From the NCBI GenBank assembly GCA_963826785.1, contig CAWGYD010000004.1, positions 160,001-224,000 of the forward strand: a DNA stretch of 64,000 nt, in the 5' to 3' direction. This document shows positions 41,217 through 50,886 of this stretch, one piece after another. The position numbers and the translations under genes were made by a program. Source of the stretch: an uncultured delta proteobacterium. GTDB taxonomy: Bacteria > Desulfobacterota > Desulfobacteria > Desulfobacterales > Desulfosalsimonadaceae. The notes under the pieces were generated by a model, which did no database searches, was not told where the DNA came from, and saw only the letters and a list, made by a program, of their open reading frames with translations. The stretch's first letter is position 1. Each line of letters begins with the position of its first letter.

Positions 41217-42212
41217 ATGACTATGAATTTCAAACGCATGAGTGCGTTTATCGCGCTGATCTATGGCGGCATGGCGCTCATGCCGCTGTTTGTGGGCGGC
41301 GTGGATCATCTGATGCATATCCTCATCATGTGCCTGATCTGGGCAGTGGTGGCCTCGTGCTGGGACCTCATCATGGGGTTTGCCGGAATTTTTTCCTTCG
41401 GGCAGGTGGCTTTTTTCGTCATCGGCGCCTATGCCTCGGCCATCCTTTCCATCCAGTTTCATATCCATCCGCTGTTGGCCATGCTCCTGGCCGGAGTGGT
41501 GGCCGCAGCCTTCGGCGTGCTGGTGGGCCTGCCCTGCCTGCGGCTCAAGGGGGCGTATGTCGCGCTGGTGACCTTTGCCGTGCACATGATCCTGGAGCCT
41601 TTTCTGAAAAGCAGCATGGGCCGAGCCATCGGTACCGGCGGCTCCCGGGGGATACTGACCATCCCGCCGCTGGAACTTTTCGGCATCTCCTTCAACACGG
41701 ACCACAAGGTGGCCGTATTCTATGCGGCCCTGGTGCTGGCCGTGGCCTGCTCGATCATCATCATGCTGGTGATCCGATCCTTCTGGGGAAAGGCATTTCT
41801 GGCGCTCAAGGATTCTCAGGAATTTGCCGCCAGCCTGGGCGTCAGCGCGTTTCGGTACAAACTGGCCGTATTCGCCCTCACCAGTTTCCTCACCGGCGTG
41901 GTCGGCGGGTTTTATGGACATTACGTGGGCATGCTCTCCACGCGCATGCTCGGGATCGACCTTTTTGTCACGCTCATGATCATGCTGGTTCTGGGCGGCA
42001 TCGGCCAGTTTCCCGGCGCCATTCTCGGTGCCATCATGACCGTGGCCATCAATGAAAATCTTGCACCCCTCGGATCGTACCGTCCCCTGATACTGGGGGC
42101 CCTGGTGGTGGTGCTGGTGCTTCTGCTCCCCGACGGCATCATTGGCCTGCTGCGCAGGCTTACCCCGGGAAAGACCCCTGTCGCAATTGAATCGACGGCT
42201 TCCGGGGGCTGA
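41217..42212 (+). CDS. LIV-type ABC transporter permease (LivM-like)
   Basis: GFAGIFSFGQVAFF.IGAY, LRLKGAYVALVT and LPDGIIG. Confidence 0.92.
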   Translation: MTMNFKRMSAFIALIYGGMALMPLFVGGVDHLMHILIMCLIWAVVASCWDLIMGFAGIFSFGQVAFFVIGAYASAILSIQFHIHPLLAMLLAGVVAAAFGVLVGLPCLRLKGAYVALVTFAVHMILEPFLKSSMGRAIGTGGSRGILTIPPLELFGISFNTDHKVAVFYAALVLAVACSIIIMLVIRSFWGKAFLALKDSQEFAASLGVSAFRYKLAVFALTSFLTGVVGGFYGHYVGMLSTRMLGIDLFVTLMIMLVLGGIGQFPGAILGAIMTVAINENLAPLGSYRPLILGALVVVLVLLLPDGIIGLLRRLTPGKTPVAIESTASGG

Positions 42213-42280
42213 ATAAATCGCTGAAAGAAGACGGCAGAAACCGGATACCGTAAACATTCATTTAATAAATGGAGGAAAAA

Positions 42281-43502
42281 GTGAAGAGAACTGGTTTTGT
42301 AATTCTGGTAATTACGGCAATTTTGACCTTTACCGGTACGGCGCTGGCCGCCGATGTGATCAAGGTCGGCGTCCCTCAGGCCATGACCGGCCCTTATACC
42401 GACACGGGCGACAACTACTGGAAGGGGATCAAGATGGCCATCGACGAGATCAATGAAGCACGGCGGCCTTCTGGGCAAAACCCTCGTACCCGTTCGTTTC
42501 GACACCCAGGAATTTGCCCCGGAACGGGTCATGGAGGGTGCCGATTATCTGTGCGGACAGGAAAAAGTGGATTCCGTACACGCCGGCTGGGCCGGCTGGG
42601 GGCAGGATGTGCGCGCATACGGCAAATATAGTGCGCCATTCTTTGCGGACGATGGCTCCCAGTCCGCCGTGGACGTGTTCAACCAGGACCGGGAAAAGTA
42701 CGGAAATATCTTCCAGCTGACCGATACCGACGTCAACCAGGCCACGAGCATGTTCAACGTGCTGATGGCGCTGCCCTATGAATATCCCAACAAGAAGGTG
42801 GTCATCATCAACGCCGACGATGCCTGGGGCATGGGCGTGGGCGACACCCTGGAAGACAATTTCAAGAAAAAGGGGTGGGAAGTGGCCATGCACGAAGTGG
42901 TGCCCTATGGCACCCGGGAATGGGGACCGATCCTCACCCGTATCCGCAGACTCAAGCCCGCCATCATCCACGTGGAAATCGTAAGCGCCCAGGAAGTCAT
43001 CACCTTCTTCCGCCAGTTCATGAAGGCGCCCACCAATTCCATCCTGAGCTACGGCTACTCCATTGTCCCGCGTGAGGTGGTGCAGACCATGGGCAAAGAA
43101 GCCGACGGCCTGATCGGTGAAGTCCCCACGGCCATGCCCACGCCCACGGCGCCCACGCCGGAAGCCCAGGCCTGGGTGGACAAGTTCAAGAAGCAGTGGG
43201 GGCATCAGCCCCAGGCCGGTTCCTGGGCCGCGTACAGCGGCGTAAAAGCCTGGGCCGCGGCCGTTGATGCCGTGGGCAACGAAAAAGACCACAAAGCCGT
43301 CTGCGACTATATCGCCTCCAAGGGATACAAAGGCGAGACCGGCTGGTGGAAATGGGATGAAGACCATGTCATGCGCGGCGGCGGGGATGTGCCCTTCGGC
43401 CATTACCAGGTTCAGGACGGCGAGATGGTGACCATCTTCACCGATCCACCGGCAAAACCGTATCTTGATTTCAAATTCATCACCCCACGCTGGATTAAAT
43501 AA
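42281..43502 (+). CDS. LIV-type ABC substrate-binding protein, apparent +1 frameshift at ~42460
   Basis: GTG start after GGAGG; signal peptide; IKVGV....TGP....G....KG..MAIDEIN continues as GGLLGK in the next frame. Confidence 0.88.
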
Positions 43503-43505
43503 TTC

Positions 43506-43557
43506 ATGACCACTTCGCCGTGCGGGGGTGAATCCCCGCACGGCGAAGTGGCCGTCA
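43506..43557 (+). terminator. Strong hairpin after the substrate-binding protein gene (terminator or mRNA stabiliser)
   Basis: CACTTCGCCGTGCGGGG-GTGAAT-CCCCGCACGGCGAAGTG, no U tract. Confidence 0.6.
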
Positions 43558-43583
43558 TCCAGCAATTGGATTTTTCCAAAGTT

Positions 43584-43687
43584 CGTCACCCCGGCGCAGG
43601 CCGGGGTCCAGAAACAATCTAAAAAATTGGATTTCCCTGCTCCGGAATGACGGGTAGGAAGTCCCGATTTTTTTTTACGAATCCATA
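43584..43687. repeat. Degenerate CGTC-type REP pair with terminal motif
   Basis: CGTCACCCCGGCGCAGGCCGGGGTCCAG (43584-43611), TGGATT...CCGGAATGACG (43628-43652), then TTTTACGAATCCAT. Confidence 0.7.
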
Positions 43688-43713
43688 ATGATAAAACCCG
43701 TAAAGTTTCTGCT

Positions 43714-44169
43714 TTGAACCGTTTTTCGCAAAAATTATATATCAAAACCAGTTTTGACCGGTGCACGGGATGTGATCTGTGCCGGCTGGCGTGCTCCGAG
43801 CACCTGCTGGGCGGCTACAATCCGCATCGGGCCCTTCTGCACATCCGCCACGCGTGTGAAAACCTATATCATTTTCCCACCGTGTGCAATCAGTGCGAAA
43901 ATGCCTATTGCGCCAAGGTCTGCCCGGTCAACGCCATCGAACGGAACCCGGCCACCGGCGCCCTGGTGGTGGATTCCGGCAAATGCGTCGGGTGCAATCT
44001 CTGCCATCGCTACTGCCCGCTTCACGTGGTGGGCGTGGACCCGGAGCTGAAAAAATCGGTCAAGTGCGACCTGTGCGCGGGCGAGCCCGCCTGCGTGGCC
44101 GCCTGCCCCACCGGCGCCCTGGAACTGGCCGGGTGCGAAGAACGCGCCGAAGCAGGGGAGGGGGCCTGA
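43714..44169 (+). CDS. 4Fe-4S dicluster protein (AOR-associated ferredoxin subunit)
   Basis: CTGCDLCRLAC, CNQCENAYCAKVCP, CVGCNLCHRYCP and KCDLC.GEPACVAACP; stop overlaps the AOR start. Confidence 0.9.
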   Translation: MNRFSQKLYIKTSFDRCTGCDLCRLACSEHLLGGYNPHRALLHIRHACENLYHFPTVCNQCENAYCAKVCPVNAIERNPATGALVVDSGKCVGCNLCHRYCPLHVVGVDPELKKSVKCDLCAGEPACVAACPTGALELAGCEERAEAGEGA

Positions 44170-45998
44170 TGGCAACCAGCTACATGGGAAAACTGCTGTG
44201 GGTGGATTTGAGCGGCCGGAATTTCCGGGTGACGGAAACGCCGGAACGGCTGCAGTCCGATTTTGTGGGCGGCAAGGGTTTCGGGGCAAAACTGCTCCAT
44301 GACCTGACCGCCGCGGGACTCGACCCCTTTTCGCCCCAATGCCCCCTGATGTTTCTGACCGGCCCGCTGACTGCAACGGCCGCGCCGGCCATGCGGGCCT
44401 GCGTGGTGACAAAGTCTCCGCTCACGGGAACATTCCTCGATTCGTATTTCGGCGGGCGCTTCGGGCCGGAGATCAAGTACGCCGGGTATGACGGCATCAT
44501 CATCACGGGCCGGGCCGAAAAACCGGTTTACCTGTGGATCAGCGATGAGGCAGTGCAGTTTCGCTCCGCAGAAGGCATCTGGGGGGAGGATGCGCTGGCC
44601 GCAAATGAGCGCATTAAAAAAGACCTGGATGAACCGGAGGCCATGGTCGTGACCATCGGCCAGGGCGGTGAAAACCGGGTTCCCTTTGCGCTCATCAGCT
44701 GCGAATACAACCGGCAGGCCGGCCGGGGCGGCGCCGGTGCGGTCATGGGGGCCAAAAACCTGAAAGGCATCGCCGTAAAAGGTTCCGGCCTGGTGAAGGT
44801 CCATGACCTGTCCGCCTTTCAAAAAGCCTGTTGCCAGGCCCATGCGGCAATTGCCGAAAGCGAAGTCTGCAAGACGCTCACCTATGGCGGCACCAGCACC
44901 AGCGTGGCGTGGGCGTCGGAGGCGGGAGTGCTTCCGCACCGGAATTATGCCGAGCAGGTGGATGCCCGGGCCGGCAGGCTCGGCGACGAAGGCCAGTACA
45001 AGCACCTGTTTCTGGGCAAGGCCGCCTGTTTCGGTTGCCCCATCCGCTGCAGCCAGATGGGCGCGGTGCGCACGGGAAAATACGCGCATTTCATCACCGA
45101 CATCGTGGAATACGAATCCGCCGCGCTGATGGGGTCAAACCTGGACATTCACGATATCCGCGCGGTGGCGCACCTGGTGAAATTGTGCGACCGGTACGGA
45201 ATCGATTCCATGAGCGCCGGCGGGGTGATCGGCTTTGCCTTCGAAGCCGCCCGGAATGGCGCCATTCAGGAGCCTGATGGAATAAAACTCGATTTCGGAA
45301 GCGTGGAAGGCGCGCAATATCTCATCTCCGCCATGGCCCTGCAGGAAGACGAACTGGGGCGCCTTCTCTCCCAGGGCGTGAAACGCGCCAGCGAGATCCT
45401 GGGCGGCAATACGGATGCGTATGCCCAACACGTCAAGGGGCTTGAAAGTCCGGCCTGGGGGCCGCGCGGCACACCGGGCATGGGGCTTGCCTACATGACC
45501 GCCGACCGGGGCGGCTGCCACCAGCGGGGATTTATGATCGGCTATGAAGTGGGCGGCGAAACCTACAACGGACGGCCCGTTCAAGCCCACACCCTTTCGG
45601 GCAAAGCGGAGATATTAAAGGACCGGCAGGATTACCTGTCCGGAACCGATGCGCTGGTCAAGTGCGATTTTGCCGCCTTCGGGATATCGCCGCAGGTTTA
45701 TGCCGACCTGTTCACCGCCGCCACCGGAAGACCCGTGGGACCCGGATTTTTCAATGAACTGGGAGAACGCATCTGGAACCAGACCCGGCTGTTCAACCTG
45801 CGGGAAGGTTTCAGTCAAAAAGATGACCGCCTGCCGCGGCGGTTTGTCGAAGAGGCGCTTTCCAGCGGGCCACACAAGGGACAGCGCATCAGTGAAGAAG
45901 ACATGGACTTCATGCGCAACGATTATTACCGCGTGCGAGGCTGGGACGAACAGGGGCGCCCCACGGGGCAGACCCTCGATAGACTGGGGCTGGTGTAA
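44169..45998 (+). CDS. aor: Aldehyde:ferredoxin oxidoreductase family protein (W/Mo-pterin)
   Basis: KSPLTG, GRGGAGAVMGAKNLK, CFGCPIRC, EYES, CDRYGIDSMS, DRGGCH and YYRVRGWD..G.P. Confidence 0.93.
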   Translation: MATSYMGKLLWVDLSGRNFRVTETPERLQSDFVGGKGFGAKLLHDLTAAGLDPFSPQCPLMFLTGPLTATAAPAMRACVVTKSPLTGTFLDSYFGGRFGPEIKYAGYDGIIITGRAEKPVYLWISDEAVQFRSAEGIWGEDALAANERIKKDLDEPEAMVVTIGQGGENRVPFALISCEYNRQAGRGGAGAVMGAKNLKGIAVKGSGLVKVHDLSAFQKACCQAHAAIAESEVCKTLTYGGTSTSVAWASEAGVLPHRNYAEQVDARAGRLGDEGQYKHLFLGKAACFGCPIRCSQMGAVRTGKYAHFITDIVEYESAALMGSNLDIHDIRAVAHLVKLCDRYGIDSMSAGGVIGFAFEAARNGAIQEPDGIKLDFGSVEGAQYLISAMALQEDELGRLLSQGVKRASEILGGNTDAYAQHVKGLESPAWGPRGTPGMGLAYMTADRGGCHQRGFMIGYEVGGETYNGRPVQAHTLSGKAEILKDRQDYLSGTDALVKCDFAAFGISPQVYADLFTAATGRPVGPGFFNELGERIWNQTRLFNLREGFSQKDDRLPRRFVEEALSSGPHKGQRISEEDMDFMRNDYYRVRGWDEQGRPTGQTLDRLGLV

Positions 45999-46139
45999 TG
46001 TCCCGTCAAAAAGCGTTCTCGGCCGGGTTGTATCGTTACAACACGGTTGAATTTAGAAATTTGAATACAGATACCATGCCGTTTTCTTCTCCTGATATTT
46101 CGGATGAAGGGCAGGCGCATGGAACAGCAAGGAGTCAGC

Positions 46140-47798
46140 ATGAAAAAACACTATGACTATATCATCGTCGGCGGGGGGTCTGCCGGGAGCGTTCTGGCAA
46201 ATCGCCTGAGCACGAACCCGAAAAACCGGGTGCTGGTGCTGGAGGCCGGTCTGCCGGATTACAAATGGGATTTTCGCATCCACATGCCGGCCGCACTCAC
46301 CTATCCCCTGGCCAGCCGCATGTACAACTGGTGGTACGAATCCGAACCCGAGCCCTTCATGCACAACCGCCGGGTATACCAGCCGCGCGGAAAAGTCCTG
46401 GGGGGATCGAGCTGCATCAACGGCATGATCTACATTCGCGGAAACGCCCAGGATTATGAAAAGTGGGCCAAAGAGCCGGGTTTGGGAAAATGGGATTATG
46501 CCCACAACCTGCCCTATTTTCAGCGGTTTGAAGGCCGTCTCCAGGGCGCGGACGAATACCACGGTTCGGTGGGACCCCTTTATCTGACCACCCCGGAGTG
46601 CGCAAACCCCCTGTTTGACGCCTTTTTCCAAGCCGTGCAGGAGGCGGGATACCCGCTCACCACGGATGTGAACGGGTACCGGCAGGAGGGTTTCGGATCC
46701 TTTGACCGCACCTGCTACCGGGGCCGCCGCTGGAACGCGGCCCGGGCGTACATCCACCCGGTCAAAAACCGTTCCAACCTCACCGTCCTCTGCCGGGCCC
46801 ACACCACCCGCATCCTTTTTTCCGGGAAAAGGGCGGTGGGTGTGGAATATGTACGGGGCAAAAAGACCATCCAGGCTTCGGGCGGCGAGATCATCTGCTG
46901 CGGCGGGGCCATCAATTCGCCCTCGCTGCTCCAGCTTTCCGGCGTGGGTAATGCAGCCGAACTCGATGGGCTCAACATCCCCGTGGTGCAGGACCTTCCC
47001 GGTGTGGGCGAAAATCTGCAGGACCACCTGGAAGTCTATGTGCAGTATGCCTGCAAAAAGCCGGTCAGCCTCTATCCGGCCCTCAAAGCCTGGCGGCAGC
47101 CCTTTATCGGGGCACAGTGGCTGTTCAAGCGAAAGGGCGTCGGCGCCAGCAACCATTTCGAGGCGGGCGGTTTCATCCGGTCCAACGACACCCTGGAATA
47201 TCCCAACCTGCAGTATCATTTCCTGCCCATTGCCATCCGCTATGACGGTTCCGTGGCCCAGGGCGGCCACGGCTATCAGGTTCACGTGGGCCCCATGAAT
47301 ACGGACGTGCGCGGAAGCGTCAAAATCACCGGCGCAGACCCTTTTGTCTATCCCAAGGTGAAATTCAACTACCTGTCCACCGAACAGGAGCGCCGGGACT
47401 GGGTGGACGCCATCCGGGTCACCCGAAAGATCATGACCCAGCCGGCCTTCGACGAACTCCGGGGGGCGGAGCTCGCCCCGGGCGAGGCGGCCCAGACGGA
47501 CGAGCAAATTCTGGATTTCGTGGGGCGCGAAGGGGAATCCGCCTATCATCCCAGCTGCACCTGCAAAATGGGAACCGACGACATGGCGGTGGTGGACCCT
47601 CAGCTCAAGGTCCGCGGCGTCGAGAACCTGCGCGTGGTGGACGCCTCGGTCATGCCGTACATCACCAACGGCAATATTTATGCACCGGTGATGATGATTG
47701 CGGAAAAGGCGGCGGACATGATCCTGGGAAACACGCCCCTGGCGCCGTCTCAGGCACCCTTTTACACGGACGAAAAAAAGGCCGATTCATCGGTTTAA
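46140..47798 (+). CDS. betA: Choline dehydrogenase (GMC oxidoreductase)
   Basis: DYIIVGGGSAG, DFRIHMPAAL, RGKVLGGSS.INGM, NLQDHLEVYVQ, SNHFEAGGF, QYHFLP and AYHPSCTCKMG, which are BetA-typical segments. Confidence 0.9.
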   Translation: MKKHYDYIIVGGGSAGSVLANRLSTNPKNRVLVLEAGLPDYKWDFRIHMPAALTYPLASRMYNWWYESEPEPFMHNRRVYQPRGKVLGGSSCINGMIYIRGNAQDYEKWAKEPGLGKWDYAHNLPYFQRFEGRLQGADEYHGSVGPLYLTTPECANPLFDAFFQAVQEAGYPLTTDVNGYRQEGFGSFDRTCYRGRRWNAARAYIHPVKNRSNLTVLCRAHTTRILFSGKRAVGVEYVRGKKTIQASGGEIICCGGAINSPSLLQLSGVGNAAELDGLNIPVVQDLPGVGENLQDHLEVYVQYACKKPVSLYPALKAWRQPFIGAQWLFKRKGVGASNHFEAGGFIRSNDTLEYPNLQYHFLPIAIRYDGSVAQGGHGYQVHVGPMNTDVRGSVKITGADPFVYPKVKFNYLSTEQERRDWVDAIRVTRKIMTQPAFDELRGAELAPGEAAQTDEQILDFVGREGESAYHPSCTCKMGTDDMAVVDPQLKVRGVENLRVVDASVMPYITNGNIYAPVMMIAEKAADMILGNTPLAPSQAPFYTDEKKADSSV

Positions 47799-47843
47799 TC
47801 CATATATTTTTCTAAAACCATTCAACATGATCAGGAGGAGAAG

Positions 47844-48602
47844 ATGAAGAAAAAGATGATGGGAGTTTTGTTGCTGGTACTGCTGGGCGCCGCCGGCACG
47901 GCATTTGCCGGGGAAGGCCCCTTTGCCGCGGACAATTTCAGCGCCACGATGTATCTGACCACGGACTATGTTTCCCGGGGGATATCCTTTTCAGGAGAGG
48001 ACCCGGCCATTCAGGGGACGTTCGATTATGCCAACCCCAACGGCATTTTTGCCGGCATCTGGGCCAGCAGCTGGGACAGCGGGGAAACCTCCAATAACAT
48101 CGAGACCGGCTACTATGCCGGGTATGCGGGAGCGCTGGGAAATGCCGGATACAGCCTTTCGGCCAACTACTACGTCTATCCCGGTGCCGATGATGATGCA
48201 GCGGAATGGGATTACTGGGAATTTGCCGCATCGGCCAATTACACCTTCGATCAGGCGCCCCTGACCCCCGTGGCCGGTGTCGGATATGTCTATTCACCCG
48301 ACTGGTTCGGGGAAGACGGGGATCTCAACTATGTCAATTCAACCCTTGATCTGGCGCTGCCCATGAATCTGGGCCTGGGATTCGAAGTGGGATATTTCGA
48401 TCTCCAGGGCGACAAAACCACTCCGGTGGGATTCGGTCTTGACGGCGGCAGCGGATATGATTACGTCCACTGGAGAGTCGGTCTGTCCACGACCCTGGTG
48501 GGATTCGGCCTTGACCTGAGCTATCATGACACCACCGAGGAGGATTTCTTCGGAGATCTCGGCGGCTCAAGAGTCGTTTTTACCCTGTCGCGCAGCATTT
48601 AA
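47844..48602 (+). CDS. TorF/TIGR02001 family putative outer-membrane porin
   Basis: Signal peptide; TTDYVSRGIS....PAIQG.FDY, G.WAS, Y..W.VG and DLSYHDT; AGGAG RBS. Confidence 0.82.
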   Translation: MKKKMMGVLLLVLLGAAGTAFAGEGPFAADNFSATMYLTTDYVSRGISFSGEDPAIQGTFDYANPNGIFAGIWASSWDSGETSNNIETGYYAGYAGALGNAGYSLSANYYVYPGADDDAAEWDYWEFAASANYTFDQAPLTPVAGVGYVYSPDWFGEDGDLNYVNSTLDLALPMNLGLGFEVGYFDLQGDKTTPVGFGLDGGSGYDYVHWRVGLSTTLVGFGLDLSYHDTTEEDFFGDLGGSRVVFTLSRSI

Positions 48603-48636
48603 AAATTTAAAAAGATCAGGGTATCTGAAATACGAT

Positions 48637-48681
48637 GCGCCATCTTCGGCTTTGTCAGCCGGGGATGGCGCTTTTTATTTT
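48637..48681 (+). terminator. Intrinsic terminator ending the choline/AOR operon
   Basis: GCGCCATCTTCGGCT-TTGTC-AGCCGGGGATGGCGC followed by TTTTTATTTT. Confidence 0.8.
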
Positions 48682-48798
48682 GAGATCCGGTTCGGCCATG
48701 CCGGATAAAGGGCCGGCCGGGTACGGCCGTCAGCCGTTTCACCTTGGTTTCTCATGGGAAAAGCAGGTGGGTGGCGGCCATCATGTTGGGCGCCATGG

Positions 48799-50598
48799 TC
48801 ATACTTTTCTGCGAAAGCGTTTCTCGATTTCGCCCACCGGCCATTCCACCAGGGTGGGCCGGCCGTGGGGGCAGTGGAATGGGTTTTCGCACCGGTCCAG
48901 ATCGGACAGCAGGACTTTCATTTCTGTGGGGGCAAGCGGCTGATGGGCCCGGATGGCGCCGTGGCAGGCCATGAGCACCAGGCAGGCGTCAATGACGTCG
49001 GCAAGGCCGGGAGAATGGCCCACCGCGTTGATGGTCTCGGCCATTTCCACGATCAGGGGCCTGATTTCCTGCTGGCCCAGCAGGACCGGGGCCGCCTTGA
49101 CCACGAAGGTGTTCCCCCCGAAAGGTTCGATTTCCAGGCCCAGCTGATTGAGCTCTTCGATGATCTCGCCGATGGCCGATGCTTCCTTGAATCCCAGTTC
49201 GAACGTCTCCGGCAGGATCAGCTTCTGGACGGCCGTTTGCCCGGCATGCGAATGGCCGGATTTGAGGCGTTCGTAGACGATCCGTTCATGTGCGGCATGC
49301 TGGTCCACCAGGATCAGTTCGCCTTCATGCTCGCAAAGGATATAGGTGTTCTGGAACTGGCCGATCACCCGGAATTCGGAAAATCGTTTCTTCTCCCACA
49401 GGGGCGTCTGCGTAAACGCTGATTGGGGCTTTACGGGTTTGATCAACGGCAGCGGGTCTTCATGCGGTGGCTGCGGCTTCGGGGCGTGCGGCTCATCCGG
49501 GGTGCGCGGCTGGGTTTGAAAAGCGGGGGGCGAAGGATGGGCAAACAGGGGGATCGATTCCTGAACCCGGCCGGGAGGCGGAACAGAAGCGGTCCGGAAG
49601 GGTTTTTCCCGGGCCGAGGCAAACGCCCCCGCCACTGCCGCCCGGATCGCCTCGTAAATCTGCCGGGAATCGGCAAACCGGATTTCGTGCTTGGCGGGAT
49701 GCACATTGACATCCACTTCTTCGGGCGGCAGTTTCAAAAACAGCGCGGCCACGGGAAATCTGCCTTTCATGATCCTTCCCCGGAAGCCTTCAAACAGGGC
49801 ATACTGCATCCCCCGGTCGCGGATGTGACGGCCGTTGACAAAGGTGTAGATTTTCTGGGAAGTACTTCGGGTCACCGACGGGTCGGCGATCCACCCGGAA
49901 AGGCGGATGTTTCCGGTGGCAAAGGCCACCGGATGAAGAGAAGATCGGATTTCCGGCCCCAGCACGTCGGCGGTGCGGTCGATGGGGTCGGCCGCCCGGG
50001 GCCAGCTTTTCACCTCTTTTGAGTTGTGGATCAGGACAAACCGGATATCCGGCCAGGCAAGTGCCGTGCAGGCCGCCAGTTCGGCGATGTGCCCCATTTC
50101 CGTGCTGACGGTTTTCAAGAACTTGCGCCGGGCGGGGGTATTGAAAAACAGCTGGCGGACCGCGATCATGGTCCCCACCGGCGCACCGGTTTCGGCAACC
50201 GATTTGATCTTTCCCCCTTCCACCTCGATGCGGGTGCCGGCATCATGGCCGGCCTCCCGGGTCTCTATGGTCAGCCTGGAAACCGAGGCGATGCTGGGCA
50301 GGGCCTCTCCCCGGAAACCCAGCGTGCGGATGGAAAACAGGTCCGGGTCATCGGCGATCTTGCTGGTGGCATAGCGCTCCAGGGCCAGCAGGGCGTCGTC
50401 GTGCCCCATGCCCGACCCGTCATCCGCCACCCGGATCAGGCTCCGGCCTCCCTGGCCGATCTCGATGGTGATCTTCGTGCTGCCGGCATCGATGGCGTTT
50501 TCGAGCAGTTCCTTGACCACCGAGGCCGGACGCTCCACCACCTCCCCGGCGGCAATCTTGTTGGAAAGGATTTCCGGAAGGATTCTGATTTTGGTCAA
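48799..50598 (-). CDS. mutL: DNA mismatch repair protein MutL
   Basis: KIAAGEVVERPASVVKEL.ENAIDA, GFRGEAL, DQHAAHER and CPHGRP. Confidence 0.97.
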   Translation of the reverse strand: MTKIRILPEILSNKIAAGEVVERPASVVKELLENAIDAGSTKITIEIGQGGRSLIRVADDGSGMGHDDALLALERYATSKIADDPDLFSIRTLGFRGEALPSIASVSRLTIETREAGHDAGTRIEVEGGKIKSVAETGAPVGTMIAVRQLFFNTPARRKFLKTVSTEMGHIAELAACTALAWPDIRFVLIHNSKEVKSWPRAADPIDRTADVLGPEIRSSLHPVAFATGNIRLSGWIADPSVTRSTSQKIYTFVNGRHIRDRGMQYALFEGFRGRIMKGRFPVAALFLKLPPEEVDVNVHPAKHEIRFADSRQIYEAIRAAVAGAFASAREKPFRTASVPPPGRVQESIPLFAHPSPPAFQTQPRTPDEPHAPKPQPPHEDPLPLIKPVKPQSAFTQTPLWEKKRFSEFRVIGQFQNTYILCEHEGELILVDQHAAHERIVYERLKSGHSHAGQTAVQKLILPETFELGFKEASAIGEIIEELNQLGLEIEPFGGNTFVVKAAPVLLGQQEIRPLIVEMAETINAVGHSPGLADVIDACLVLMACHGAIRAHQPLAPTEMKVLLSDLDRCENPFHCPHGRPTLVEWPVGEIEKRFRRKV

Positions 50599-50601
50599 GC
50601 C

Positions 50602-50784
50602 TTACTCCGCCGGCTCGTCTTTCAGGCATTTGTATAAAAATTCCTGCTTGTCCGGGGGGAGATCAAACACCAGCGAGGCTTCCTCCACCAGCTTGTGAAT
50701 CGGCTTTTCCGGGTTGTCCTGACGCATCTGCGAAATCCACTTGACCGCCTTTCGCAGGTCTTCTCCTTTGGGTTCGATGCTCAT
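50602..50784 (-). CDS. Small hypothetical protein (60 aa)
   Basis: GAGG RBS; ends 3 nt before mutL; MSIEPKGEDLRKAVKWIS. Confidence 0.7.
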   Translation of the reverse strand: MSIEPKGEDLRKAVKWISQMRQDNPEKPIHKLVEEASLVFDLPPDKQEFLYKCLKDEPAE

Positions 50785-50810
50785 GTGTGATTTCCTCTTT
50801 TCAGAATAAT

Positions 50811-50862
50811 GATGAAATCGTAAAAATGTCTTCTCCTCATTCCCGTGAAGCCGGGAAACCAG
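50811..50862. repeat. Partial REP composite (terminal motif plus one palindrome)
   Basis: GATGAAATCGTAAAAA followed by CATTCCCGTGAAGCCGGGAAACCAG. Confidence 0.55.
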
Positions 50863-50886
50863 CTTATACCTTTAGACATTCTGCGG

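Noticed and set aside
43884..44168. N-terminal 95-aa extension of AOR in the 704-aa track ORF
   Set aside because: It overlaps the ferredoxin gene in another frame; the real start is ATG 44169, coupled to the ferredoxin stop.
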